DNA from: Gemmatimonadales bacterium
GTDB lineage: Bacteria; Gemmatimonadota; Gemmatimonadetes; Gemmatimonadales; GWC2-71-9
Direction of reading: 5' to 3'
Assembly: GCA_038321865.1 (NCBI GenBank)
Contig: JBBQFH010000018.1
Location: forward strand, 1 to 58,291
DNA length: 58,291 bases
In this document: piece after piece, positions 34,383 through 43,850 of the stretch
Layout of the letters: every line of letters begins with the position of its first letter
Numbering within the stretch: position 1 is the stretch's first letter
Translations under genes and position numbers: made by a program
Notes under the pieces: model-generated
What the model saw: only the letters and a program-made list of their open reading frames with translations
Database searches by the model: none
What the model was told of the DNA's origin: nothing

Positions 34383-36389
34383 ATGTTCAGGGCGCTGCAG
34401 GACTCCGGTCCGCCCGGCACCCATCCGCTGCTCGGCTTCGACTCGACGCTCGCCTCGCCCAAACTGGACGACCCGGTAATCCGGATCGTCCAGTGGGTGT
34501 TTCAGCGCCCGCCCTGGGTCATGTGGGGTGGGGCCATCCTCGCCGCAGTCATCGCAACCGTGCTCCTCTGGACGCTGTGGCGTCGGCGAACTGCGATCGC
34601 GCAGTGGCTGAGCCTCCGAAGCCTGGGGCTCAAATTCCTCATGGCCGCCGGCGCTCTGGCTCTGCTGCTCGCAGTCGCGGGGATGGGCTACCGAACGAAC
34701 AATTTCGTCGAGCGCGACAACCGTTTCTGCAGTGGCTGCCATATTTTCGTCGGCAGCAACGAGGCCCGGGTGCTGCCCGACACCGGCGACTACAGCCTCG
34801 TCAACCGGATGGAGGGCAAGCACGACACGCTGAGCTGTCACGCGTGCCACCAGCTCTACCCGCTGAAGGAAGCGGTCAAGATGCTGTACTGGATGTCCGG
34901 CGTACGGGACAAGGAAATTCCGCCGCACGCGAAGGTGCCGCGGAACGTCTGCGAGCGATGCCACGTCACCGGCGACGCCAAGAAGACGTGGCAGGCCATC
35001 GCCGCGACGGCCGGGCACCGGACCCACCTCGAGTCCGATTCCTCGGCGCTCAAGGGCAAGATCGAGTGCCTCACCTGCCACGCCCAGACCGCCCATCGCT
35101 TCAAGCCGGCCAACACGACGTGCGCGCAGGCGGGATGCCACGCGGCCCCCGCGGTGCAGATCAAGCTCGGCCGCATGTCCAGTCAGACGGCGACGCACTG
35201 TATCGTCTGTCACCAGTTCACCGCCAAAGTCCCGGCGCTGGCGACGCGGGATTCGGCGGAGACGACGCTGATTCCCAAGTCCGAGCAGTGCTTCAGCTGC
35301 CACCAGATGCGCGGCCGCCTGGCCAGCTTCGCGCCCGAGCGCGATCCGCACAAGGCGACGTGCGGCATGTGCCACGATCCGCACAAGCAGGAAACGCCGG
35401 CCGCCGCCGCCGCCACCTGCGCCTCGGCCGGCTGCCACGCGGACTGGAAGAAGAACCCGTTCCACACCGGCGCGGCCCACCGCGGGCTCGCGACCCAGCC
35501 GGGCCGCTGTATTACCTGCCACGTGCCCCACTCGGCCCGGGTCGACGCCAGTGACTGCACCGGTTGCCATACGTCCGTGCGCGAGGGGACGAAGGGGGCA
35601 GGGGCGCTCCGGCCGCCCCTTCCGTTCGACACGACACGTGCGTTACGCCGGGTGTCGCTTGAGCCGGCGCCGCTGGTGCCGCTGGAGCACCAGCCCCGCT
35701 CTCTCGGTGACGGGCCGCCGCCCGACGACCCACCCGGGATCGTCGCGAACGCCGCCGCGGCCGCCCCTCCGGCGGCCGCAAGTTTTTCCCACGCTCCACA
35801 CCGACGCCACCCCTGCCTGACCTGCCACACCAACACCAGCAAGCGCGGGACCCTCACGTTCGAGCGGCCCCGCGGGTGTCAGATCTGTCATCACCAGGCC
35901 GCCGTGACCAGCCGCTGCGAGACCTGTCACGCCGCGGCTGAGCTGTCGCGTCCGATCGCCGCATCGGTCGCCGTCACGGTGGGCACCGCGCCGGTGCACC
36001 AGCGCGCGGCGACCTTCGCGCACAGCGCGCACACGTCCCGCGCCTGCACCGACTGTCACACGATGCCGGTCACGCTCGCGCCGGGGAGCGCCGTTGTTAC
36101 GTGTCAAAGCTGCCACGAGCAGCACCACGCGGACGGGCCCGCGTGCACGGCGTGCCACAACGATCCCGATATCCGTCCCGCTCACGCCCGACCGGTGGCG
36201 GGTCACCGGGCATGCGATGCCTGTCATGGCATCCAGACGGTCGCGCGGCTCGTGCCGAACCGCCAGCTCTGCCTGACCTGTCACGCGCCGCAGACGGCGC
36301 ATTATGCCGAGCGCGAGTGCACGACCTGCCACTTCCAGCAGACGCCGTCGGAGTATCGCGCCCACCTTGTTCGCGGCGCACGCTCGTGA
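34383..36389 (+). CDS. Inner-membrane-anchored multiheme cytochrome c, NapC/NirT-like N-terminus (18 CxxCH + 2 CxxxxCH)
   Basis: Two N-terminal TM helices, then DNRFCSGCH and HDTLSCHACH; 11 heme motifs, a Pro/Ala linker, then 9 more; ATG 34383 has a GGAG RBS (alternative GTG 34353). Confidence 0.88.
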   Translation: MFRALQDSGPPGTHPLLGFDSTLASPKLDDPVIRIVQWVFQRPPWVMWGGAILAAVIATVLLWTLWRRRTAIAQWLSLRSLGLKFLMAAGALALLLAVAGMGYRTNNFVERDNRFCSGCHIFVGSNEARVLPDTGDYSLVNRMEGKHDTLSCHACHQLYPLKEAVKMLYWMSGVRDKEIPPHAKVPRNVCERCHVTGDAKKTWQAIAATAGHRTHLESDSSALKGKIECLTCHAQTAHRFKPANTTCAQAGCHAAPAVQIKLGRMSSQTATHCIVCHQFTAKVPALATRDSAETTLIPKSEQCFSCHQMRGRLASFAPERDPHKATCGMCHDPHKQETPAAAAATCASAGCHADWKKNPFHTGAAHRGLATQPGRCITCHVPHSARVDASDCTGCHTSVREGTKGAGALRPPLPFDTTRALRRVSLEPAPLVPLEHQPRSLGDGPPPDDPPGIVANAAAAAPPAAASFSHAPHRRHPCLTCHTNTSKRGTLTFERPRGCQICHHQAAVTSRCETCHAAAELSRPIAASVAVTVGTAPVHQRAATFAHSAHTSRACTDCHTMPVTLAPGSAVVTCQSCHEQHHADGPACTACHNDPDIRPAHARPVAGHRACDACHGIQTVARLVPNRQLCLTCHAPQTAHYAERECTTCHFQQTPSEYRAHLVRGARS

Positions 36390-37870
36390 CCCGGGTGGTG
36401 GTGCTTGCTGCGACGCTGCTGGTGGTCGGCCAGGGGCTCCCTGCGCAAGGGTATCGGCTGCGACTGGACACCCGGATGCAGACGGCGGCCTATCGCGGCG
36501 TCGAGCCGGACAGCATCCCGACCTCTGCGGCGGTGATCGGACCGAGCGGCGGGACCGAGACGCCGGACGGATTCGCGGTGACCTGCGACTTCAGCGCGTA
36601 CTGCCGGTTTTTTCGGCCCGGCGCATCGCTTCGGTCCGCGCCGCTGACGCAGCAGGCAGACCTTACCGCCTGGGGCTTCGGTGTACCAGGTGTGAGTGTG
36701 CGGATGACCGGCCGTTTGCTGACCGACCTCTCGAGTGCGGACGCCTGGCCTGGCACCGAGCCCGCCGTGCAGCTGCTCGAAGGCTATGCGGAGTATGCGG
36801 GCGCGGCGGTGACCGTCCGCGGTGGGCGGCAGTTACTGAGCTCGCGGCTGGGTCCGGCCGGGTTCGACGGCGGCCGACTGGTCCTGCGGCATCAGCGGAC
36901 GGGGCTCGAGGCGGAGCTGTACGGCGGGTGGTCACTCGCGCGCGCGACAGCGCTCCCGATTACCAGCCCGGTGTTGAATCCGCTGGACGAGTATCGCCCG
37001 GCCGCGCGCGGCCTGCTGCTGGGGGCCGCGGCCGGGTGGAGCGGAGCCCACGGCTCGGTGCGAGCCGATTATCAGCGCGAGCTCGAGCGCGACACGCGCT
37101 ACTTCATATCCGAACGTGCCGCACTTTCGGGGGAGTTCCGCCCGGCCCGGCGCTGGAGCCTGGCGGCCGGCGGGGAGTATGACATCGCCCAGGGCTGGTG
37201 GGGCACGGCCGATGCGCAACTTCGCTATTCGGCGCCGAAGCTGAATTTGAGCGTCGGCGGCCGCCACTACCGGCCCTACTTCGATCTCTGGACGATCTGG
37301 GGCGCGTTCAGTCCTGTACCCTACAATTCGGCCATCGGATCGATCTGGGTGCAGCCCACGGGCCGGCTCGAGCTCCGCGCCAACGGCGAGCGATACCGGT
37401 TCGCAGCCACCGAGACCTCAACGCCGCTGGTCGATGTCGAGCGTGATGGCTGGCGAACCGGCCTGGGTGCGACCTTTACGGTCCGTCCGGGTCTCACGGC
37501 CGATGCCGACCTGAATACCGAATTCGGGCCGGGCGCCTCGTCGCGCCAGCTGGAAGGTGCGGTCACGTATGCGCCGAGCGCGGCGTTTTCGCTGAGCGCG
37601 CGCGTGGCGTCGCTGCGGCGACCGCTGGAGCTGCGCTTCGATGATGCGTCGGTGACGATGGTCGGATTCGACGCCGACTTCGCCCTCGGCGAGCGCCTCC
37701 GCGTGGGTCTCGGTGCCGCGCACTTTGCCGAGACGCGCAATCGGCCCGATGCCGCGACACTCGACTGGAATCAGACGCGCCTGTACGCCCGGGTGACGGC
37801 GCTGTTCGGGACCTCTGCCGATCGAGCACCGCTGCCGCCCGCCCGTCGCAGCCGGCGGAGCGCGCCATGA
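36386..37870 (+). CDS. Putative outer-membrane beta-barrel porin of a porin-cytochrome complex
   Basis: GTG overlaps the upstream TGA; signal peptide; many alternating-polarity aromatic-rich strands (LEGYAEY, TVRGGRQ, VRADYQRE, TRLYARVTALFG); flanked by multiheme cytochromes; 494 aa. Confidence 0.75.
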   Translation: MTRVVVLAATLLVVGQGLPAQGYRLRLDTRMQTAAYRGVEPDSIPTSAAVIGPSGGTETPDGFAVTCDFSAYCRFFRPGASLRSAPLTQQADLTAWGFGVPGVSVRMTGRLLTDLSSADAWPGTEPAVQLLEGYAEYAGAAVTVRGGRQLLSSRLGPAGFDGGRLVLRHQRTGLEAELYGGWSLARATALPITSPVLNPLDEYRPAARGLLLGAAAGWSGAHGSVRADYQRELERDTRYFISERAALSGEFRPARRWSLAAGGEYDIAQGWWGTADAQLRYSAPKLNLSVGGRHYRPYFDLWTIWGAFSPVPYNSAIGSIWVQPTGRLELRANGERYRFAATETSTPLVDVERDGWRTGLGATFTVRPGLTADADLNTEFGPGASSRQLEGAVTYAPSAAFSLSARVASLRRPLELRFDDASVTMVGFDADFALGERLRVGLGAAHFAETRNRPDAATLDWNQTRLYARVTALFGTSADRAPLPPARRSRRSAP

Positions 37871-39318
37871 CGCCGCTGGCGCGCCGCCTCCTGGCGCTGG
37901 CGCTGCTGCTCGTCTGCGCCAGCGGAGCGGTCGCGGCAGCGCGCCTGGCCGCGCGGCGAGATCAGTTCGATCATGCCCGGCACCGGGCGCTGTTCCCCTC
38001 CTGCGAATCGTGCCACGCCGGGGTGGCGACGGCCGGTGCAACCGCGTGGCCGGCCCCCGCCGCATGCGCCACCTGTCACGATGGCACGATCCAGCGGCGC
38101 ACCGACTGGGCAGCGCCAGCCGCCCTCCCGCGAACCAACCTTCGATTCGACCATGTCACCCACCTGGCGGATGTGGCCGCCCACCGGCCCGCCATTGCCG
38201 ATTCGGCCGGCCGCTGCGCCAGCTGCCACATTCAGCAGGGCGGGCAGTGGATGGACGTGCGGCTCGCCATCGTGGGCAGTTGCCTGGCATGCCATGGCGT
38301 GACGGCGGCGCACCTCAGCGCTCCGGACACCGCATGCGCGACGTGCCATGTGCCGCTCGCAGCGGCCGGCCGGCTCACGGCGAGCGACGTTGGCCGCTTC
38401 CCGATTCCGGCCTCACACCGCGACAGCGCATTCCGCATGGGTGGCCACGGTGCGCGTGCCCATCTCGCCGGGGGGCCGGCGGTGGCGTCCTCCTGCGCCA
38501 CCTGCCATGCGCGCGAGTTCTGCGCGACATGCCACGTGAACGCCCCGGAGGTGAAGCCGATCCAGGCCCTCGCATCCGATCCGCGCTCGCTCGCCATCGC
38601 GACGGTGCTTCGCGCGCCTGATTCCCACGGCCGGCCCGATTTCATCTTCAGTCACGGACGCGCCGCGGGCCAGGGCACCTGCGCCAGCTGCCACACCCGC
38701 GAGAGCTGCGCGACGTGTCACGCTGATGCACCGCCCAAGGCGGTCATGGCACTCCACCGGGCCGGCGCCGGGCGCGGGACCGGCGCGATCATCGTCCGGC
38801 GGCGACCGGAGAGCCACGGACCGAGCTTCGCCGATTCGCACGCCGCGATCGCCCGGGCGACACCGCGCTCCTGCGCCGCCTGCCATTCCCGCACCGACTG
38901 TCTCGACTGCCACCGGCCCGACGCGGCGAGCGGGGCCGGCAGCTATCACCCCGCCGGGTTCCTGACGAGGCATCCGGCCGCGGCCTACTCCCGCCAGACC
39001 TCCTGTGCCGGGTGTCACAATCAGGCCACGTTCTGCGCCACCTGTCACGAGCGCGCCGGCCTGGTGTCGAGAGGCACGCTCCGAGCGGGATTTCACGACG
39101 CCAAACCGGGATTCATCCTGGGTCATGGCCAGGCGGCGCGGCAGAGCCTCGAGTCGTGCACGTCGTGCCACGCGGAGCGCGATTGTCTCACCTGCCACGC
39201 GTCAGCTGGCGGGCGGCGGTTCAATCCGCACGGTCCAGGGTTCGACGCGGCACGGCTCCGCCGCCGGAATCCGGCGATGTGCACCGCGTGTCATGGCGAG
39301 GCGATTCCCGGCAGCTAG
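37867..39318 (+). CDS. Exported 16-heme c-type cytochrome with tandem doubled-CxxCH repeats
   Basis: Signal peptide; 16 CxxCH motifs, including five CxxCH-x4/5-CxxCH pairs; FDH..H cytochrome c3/c7-like motifs; ATGA overlap with the porin. Confidence 0.9.
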   Translation: MTPLARRLLALALLLVCASGAVAAARLAARRDQFDHARHRALFPSCESCHAGVATAGATAWPAPAACATCHDGTIQRRTDWAAPAALPRTNLRFDHVTHLADVAAHRPAIADSAGRCASCHIQQGGQWMDVRLAIVGSCLACHGVTAAHLSAPDTACATCHVPLAAAGRLTASDVGRFPIPASHRDSAFRMGGHGARAHLAGGPAVASSCATCHAREFCATCHVNAPEVKPIQALASDPRSLAIATVLRAPDSHGRPDFIFSHGRAAGQGTCASCHTRESCATCHADAPPKAVMALHRAGAGRGTGAIIVRRRPESHGPSFADSHAAIARATPRSCAACHSRTDCLDCHRPDAASGAGSYHPAGFLTRHPAAAYSRQTSCAGCHNQATFCATCHERAGLVSRGTLRAGFHDAKPGFILGHGQAARQSLESCTSCHAERDCLTCHASAGGRRFNPHGPGFDAARLRRRNPAMCTACHGEAIPGS

Positions 39319-39920
39319 AGTCTCAAGAGAAGCCCCACGGACAAGTCGCGCCGCCAGCTTGCCCGCCGCGCGAAGGCGGGCGGCAACTCGTCCGAGTTGA
39401 ACACTGAGCCGGTCACGCCGACCCCGACGCGGACAAGTGCCGTTGCGGCCGTGCCGATGGGTGCCTCCAACCGGAGGGCGGCGGCTGCCCCGAGCCGGGT
39501 GCGCGGCTCTCCCTCGGCCCAGGTCCACCGATCGAGGATCGGTCCCCCCGAGAGATAGAGCCCCGCGCCGCCCTCACGCCCGTGCACCCGCCACCCCAGC
39601 GCCGGCGCAACCTCGAACAGCTTCAGCTCGCTGGCCCGCGAGACCAGCGTTGCCTCGGTACCCTCCAGCGCCGCCTCGGCCGAGCCGTACACGATGCCGA
39701 GTCCGACCCGAACCGGACCGCCGCCACGCTCGAACCGAAGTCCCAGCGTGGACGGTCGGAATGGCCGCAGTGCACCATCTCCGCCAAGCGACGTATCGGC
39801 GCTCGTACCCCCGAACCTGGCTTCCCCGACCTCGAGCGAAACGGCCCAGCGGGTGACCTGAGCGGGCAGCGATGCCACGCTCAGTAGCGTACAGCAGCCG
39901 GCGAAAATCAGTGCGCGCAC
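39315..39920 (-). CDS. Small outer-membrane beta-barrel-like protein
   Basis: Signal peptide ending LPAQ; about eight amphipathic strands; C-terminal strand DLSVGLLLRL. Confidence 0.6.
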   Translation of the reverse strand: MRALIFAGCCTLLSVASLPAQVTRWAVSLEVGEARFGGTSADTSLGGDGALRPFRPSTLGLRFERGGGPVRVGLGIVYGSAEAALEGTEATLVSRASELKLFEVAPALGWRVHGREGGAGLYLSGGPILDRWTWAEGEPRTRLGAAAALRLEAPIGTAATALVRVGVGVTGSVFNSDELPPAFARRASWRRDLSVGLLLRL

Positions 39921-39933
39921 ACATCCTCCGGGT

Positions 39934-41229
39934 TCAGTGCATTTCGAGTTTGAAGGCGCCCGTCGTCGCGAGCGACTTGTCCAGGACCGTCCAGTTCGTC
40001 AGCGGGCTGTAGCGTCCGCGGACCGAATCCGACACAGCGACTCCGATGACGTCGTCGTTCGACTTGAGGAAGCTGTAGAGGCTGGTCAGAAAGGTGCTGC
40101 CGGACCTCGCCGCGCGGAGAATCCGGCCGATGCCGTTGACGCCCGGCACGAGGCTGTCCTTCGCCGCCTTGTAGTTGGCGTACGCCTGGCTCAGCGCTTT
40201 CAACAGGGCGTTTCCGCGATCGCTGTCGGTCCTGATCCCGCACGCCGTGTCGTCATCCTCCACCGCGAAGATGACGAAGGCGCGTCCGGGGTTGGCGGCG
40301 GTGAATGCGTCCATTTGTGCGCTCGAGAACAGGAGCTCCGAGCCGCTCCACGTCTGTTGGTTCATGTCCCAGGTGTAGCCCGCCGGCGCATGTTCCCCGA
40401 CGCACTGGAACGACGCAAGATTCGCCGTATCGCCCGGTGCTGCCGGACCCATGATGTGAATTTCATATTCGGGGTCCCCCTTCAACCAACCTTCAAAATC
40501 TCCGCTGAATTGGGCGTAGGTCAGGTAGAGCCCGGGTGTCGCAGCGGCGCTCGGTGTGATGCCTCCGCCGCTTCCGGCGCCCGGATCTCCGGTGCCTCCG
40601 CACGCTTCCGCCGCCGAGCACGTGGCGCGCGCTGGCGCCGCGGGGAGGCGATCGAAGTCCGTTTCGACGGGTACGAGCGCAAACACGGGTTCGGCGGGTG
40701 GGGTGCGGGGATCCAGGAGCCGGCGGCGTCCAGCGGTGTCGTACGCGATGGGCGCTTCGTGGTCGCTGATCGCGGTCGCGACCAGCACGTCGCCGCCGCC
40801 GGTCCACGCACGGCGGTGCGCGGCCACGGGCAGGTAGAGCTCAGCCTTGACGGCGGCATCGGCCTCGCTGAGGACGGCAGCCGGATTGTCCGCGCCGGCG
40901 CGCGCCAGCGCCTGCAGCGCCCGGCCCGAGTTGTTCCGCAGAAAGCGCTGGAACTGAACTTTGTGCTCCGCAAAGGGGGAGCGGTCGAGCTCGCTCTTCA
41001 CGTAGGCCCGGAAGGACGGCTCGCGCATGGCGCGGGCCACACGCCGTGCCAGCGCCTCCAAACGCTGTTCGTCATCGTGCGCCGACGCCGACGCCGCCGG
41101 TGCCAGGGGCACGGAAACGCTCGAGGCGGCGGCTGCCGACCCCTCGGACTCGGAGGTGGGCATGGTGCGGTCAGAACAGGCGGCAAGTGCGATGGCGAGC
41201 AGTACGGGTGGGACGAAGCGGGTGGTCAT
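39934..41229 (-). CDS. Hypothetical lipoprotein (possibly DUF3103-like)
   Basis: Lipobox LAAC; AAGGAGG RBS; EGWLKGDPEYEIH and EDDDTAC motifs. Confidence 0.65.
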   Translation of the reverse strand: MTTRFVPPVLLAIALAACSDRTMPTSESEGSAAAASSVSVPLAPAASASAHDDEQRLEALARRVARAMREPSFRAYVKSELDRSPFAEHKVQFQRFLRNNSGRALQALARAGADNPAAVLSEADAAVKAELYLPVAAHRRAWTGGGDVLVATAISDHEAPIAYDTAGRRRLLDPRTPPAEPVFALVPVETDFDRLPAAPARATCSAAEACGGTGDPGAGSGGGITPSAAATPGLYLTYAQFSGDFEGWLKGDPEYEIHIMGPAAPGDTANLASFQCVGEHAPAGYTWDMNQQTWSGSELLFSSAQMDAFTAANPGRAFVIFAVEDDDTACGIRTDSDRGNALLKALSQAYANYKAAKDSLVPGVNGIGRILRAARSGSTFLTSLYSFLKSNDDVIGVAVSDSVRGRYSPLTNWTVLDKSLATTGAFKLEMH

Positions 41230-41357
41230 GGAGCCTCCTTGGGTAGCTCGCCGCCGTCGCGAACGGACGGGGCGAGGATGACGGACCCAAGGTGGCCTCG
41301 GCGGGGCTGGGCGCCGGGACCGGCTTTACGCCGATCACGGCAAAAGAATGGAACCGG

Positions 41358-43067
41358 TCAGAACTCGATCATCTCCATCCGGCGCAGCCCCAGGCGCAGC
41401 GACACGACGGCGGTGCCCACTGAGAGCGCGACTACGGCCGCGAGCGCGAGGGCGAGCTCTGCGTTCAGCGAGAAGGCCTCCCCACACTGATGCGCCCGGA
41501 GGTAGGACACGACCGGGACGGCCTCGATCGTGATGAGCAGGCCCAGCAGGCTGATGGCGCTCATCATGAAGGCGAGCCCACCGAAGCTGGTGGGAATCTG
41601 CGCTGCGTTCTCGGTCTCGAACTGGGGATAAAACGTCCCGAACGTGAGCGCGAGCGCGCAGGCGGCGAGCGTGAAGAGCACGATGGTGCCGATGCTGACC
41701 GCCGTCATGAATGCCGACGCGTGCAGCATGACATCGGTGGCGGCCGTGAGCACGACCGCCAGCAGTACCATCGGAGCGGCCGTCATCCAGTACTTGCTCA
41801 GCAGCAGCGATCGCAGGTTCGCGGGTGTTGATTTGAGCAGCCACATCTGGCGGCCCTCAAGCGAGACGGCTGGAAACACGAATCTCGCCGCCACGGCGGA
41901 CAGGACGAATCCCGCGAGCCCGAGGTTCAGGAAGGCCAGCAGCGTCACCAGAAAGAGCGGGGTGCTCTTGCCCGCGAGGACTGGCAGGGAACTGACGTTG
42001 AAAAGGTAGACCGCCACCAGAAACGCCAGGAGGATGAGCTGGCCCCACTGCGTCGGGTCGCGGAAAAACAGCCGGAGATCCTTCAGCAGGAACTCGCGTT
42101 GCACCACCGGGAGCGGTTTCAGGATCCACCGGCTGACGGGCGCCCAGGCGCTCTGGCCGTCATACCGCTCCGTCCCGTCCTGCGCCATGCTGAAGCCGGA
42201 TCGAAAAAGACGGCCGTGCAGCCAGCCGCCCATGATGATGAACGCGGCGGCCGTGGTGTAGAGCAGCACGACCGGCAGCGGGTCCGCTACATGGAGCAGC
42301 CAGTTCATGATCATGTCCGACGCCCAGTGCGTCGGCAGAAAGGGGCTTGCCGGTACATGGAGAGCGGCCAGCGAGGCCGTGATGTGCTGGAGACCGCCCT
42401 GCTGCATCAGGAGCTCGGGGCGGACCATGCGCAGCATGACGAGGAGTCCGCCGCCGACCGCGATCGCGACGATCCCCAGCAGGTCACGCGTCCGCCGTGC
42501 CGGAAACACGTTCATGAGCACGAGCATGATCCCCGCGCCCAGTACCGCGGGAAGGATGAAGAACGGCAGCAGGGCCGCGATCACGATCAACGGAAACAGC
42601 GGACCGCCATGAAAGACCACGCCGTACGCGGTGAACACGGGCAAGGCGATGAGCGCCACCATCCATGAGGCGTGCGCCGTCGTTTCAGCCAGCTTCGACA
42701 GGTAAAGCCGGAACCAGTTGAGCGGCGCGGCGACCAGAATGTCGAGGTCCTTCGCGAGAAAGAAGGTCGACAGCGACGAGATCAGACTGGACAGCAGAAG
42801 GATCGATGCGAACCCGACCAGCATGGCGTCGAGAATTTTCTGTGCGAGAAGGACCCCGATCGGGACGCCGCTGATGTAATGGAGCACGCGATAGGCCAGG
42901 CCGAAGAGCACCGCCCAGAACGCCGCGGCCAGCACCCCGAAGACGACGATCTGCCCGGCAAGGCCGTCCGCCTGGCGTCGCCGCGCGACGATGGTGCGCC
43001 ACTTGGGTTGGACGACCGTCCAGATCCCCGGCTGGCGGATCGCGGCGGGCCCTGCACGCTCAGGCAT
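41358..43067 (-). CDS. Putative ABC exporter permease (about 12 TM)
   Basis: STFFLAKDLDILVAAP, KDLRLFFRD..QWGQ, PAVSLEG..WLLKSTP; coupled to the ABC ATPase. Confidence 0.85.
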   Translation of the reverse strand: MPERAGPAAIRQPGIWTVVQPKWRTIVARRRQADGLAGQIVVFGVLAAAFWAVLFGLAYRVLHYISGVPIGVLLAQKILDAMLVGFASILLLSSLISSLSTFFLAKDLDILVAAPLNWFRLYLSKLAETTAHASWMVALIALPVFTAYGVVFHGGPLFPLIVIAALLPFFILPAVLGAGIMLVLMNVFPARRTRDLLGIVAIAVGGGLLVMLRMVRPELLMQQGGLQHITASLAALHVPASPFLPTHWASDMIMNWLLHVADPLPVVLLYTTAAAFIIMGGWLHGRLFRSGFSMAQDGTERYDGQSAWAPVSRWILKPLPVVQREFLLKDLRLFFRDPTQWGQLILLAFLVAVYLFNVSSLPVLAGKSTPLFLVTLLAFLNLGLAGFVLSAVAARFVFPAVSLEGRQMWLLKSTPANLRSLLLSKYWMTAAPMVLLAVVLTAATDVMLHASAFMTAVSIGTIVLFTLAACALALTFGTFYPQFETENAAQIPTSFGGLAFMMSAISLLGLLITIEAVPVVSYLRAHQCGEAFSLNAELALALAAVVALSVGTAVVSLRLGLRRMEMIEF

Positions 43068-43818
43068 CGAGCACCGCGTCGAGCTCCTGCGCCGCACGCG
43101 CGCCGGTGAGCCGGAGGAAAATGTCCTCCAGGCTCTCGTCACCCGCGACGCTCTGCGCCCGCAGCTCATCCATCGTGCCCGCACCCGCGATGCGTCCGCC
43201 TGCCATGATCGCGATACGGTCGCACATGAGTTCGGCGACTTCGAGCGTATGGGTACTCATCAGGACGGTGCCCCCGCGCCGGACGAACGCCCGAAAGAGG
43301 TCCTTGAGCACCCGCGCCCCGACCGGATCCAGCCCGACCATTGGCTCATCCACCACGATGAGGCGGGGGCGGTGGACGAAGGCGCTGGCGATCACGAGCT
43401 TCTGCCGCATCCCATGGCTGTACGCCCCCGTCAGCTCGTCCCGCCAGGACGTCAGCTCGAACAGCTCGAACAACTCGTCCATTCTCCGCTCCACCGCCGG
43501 TCCCTGCTGGCCGTACAGTGCGGCGACGAATCGGAGAAACTCGGCGCCGGTCAGCTTGTCGTAGACGAAGGGCCGGTCGGGGATGTAGCCGATCATGGCC
43601 TTGATCGCCTGCGGCTGGCGCCAGCTCTCGATGCCGGCGATCCGGATCTCACCGGCCGTGGGGCGCAGAATGCCGGCGATCATCCGCATGGTGGTGGTCT
43701 TGCCGGCGCCGTTGGGTCCCAGGAAGCCGAAGAGGGTCCCCGGCGGCACGTGGAGGTTGAGGCGATCGACCGCCGTGAATCCTCCATACCGCTTCACCAG
43801 CTCGGTCAGCTGAATCAT
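43060..43818 (-). CDS. ABC transporter ATP-binding protein
   Basis: GPNGAGKTT, YSHGMRQK, VDEPMVGLDP, STH; ATG at 43818. Confidence 0.93.
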   Translation of the reverse strand: MIQLTELVKRYGGFTAVDRLNLHVPPGTLFGFLGPNGAGKTTTMRMIAGILRPTAGEIRIAGIESWRQPQAIKAMIGYIPDRPFVYDKLTGAEFLRFVAALYGQQGPAVERRMDELFELFELTSWRDELTGAYSHGMRQKLVIASAFVHRPRLIVVDEPMVGLDPVGARVLKDLFRAFVRRGGTVLMSTHTLEVAELMCDRIAIMAGGRIAGAGTMDELRAQSVAGDESLEDIFLRLTGARAAQELDAVLDA

Positions 43819-43850
43819 CGATTGTCCCGTGGTGAGGTATTGCGGAGGGG

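Noticed and set aside
32783..39318. Calling the cluster mtrCAB, nrfAH or hao
   Set aside because: Heme counts are 9/20/16 rather than 10/10, there is no CxxCK active-site motif, and the barrel is shorter than MtrB; no gene symbol is justified
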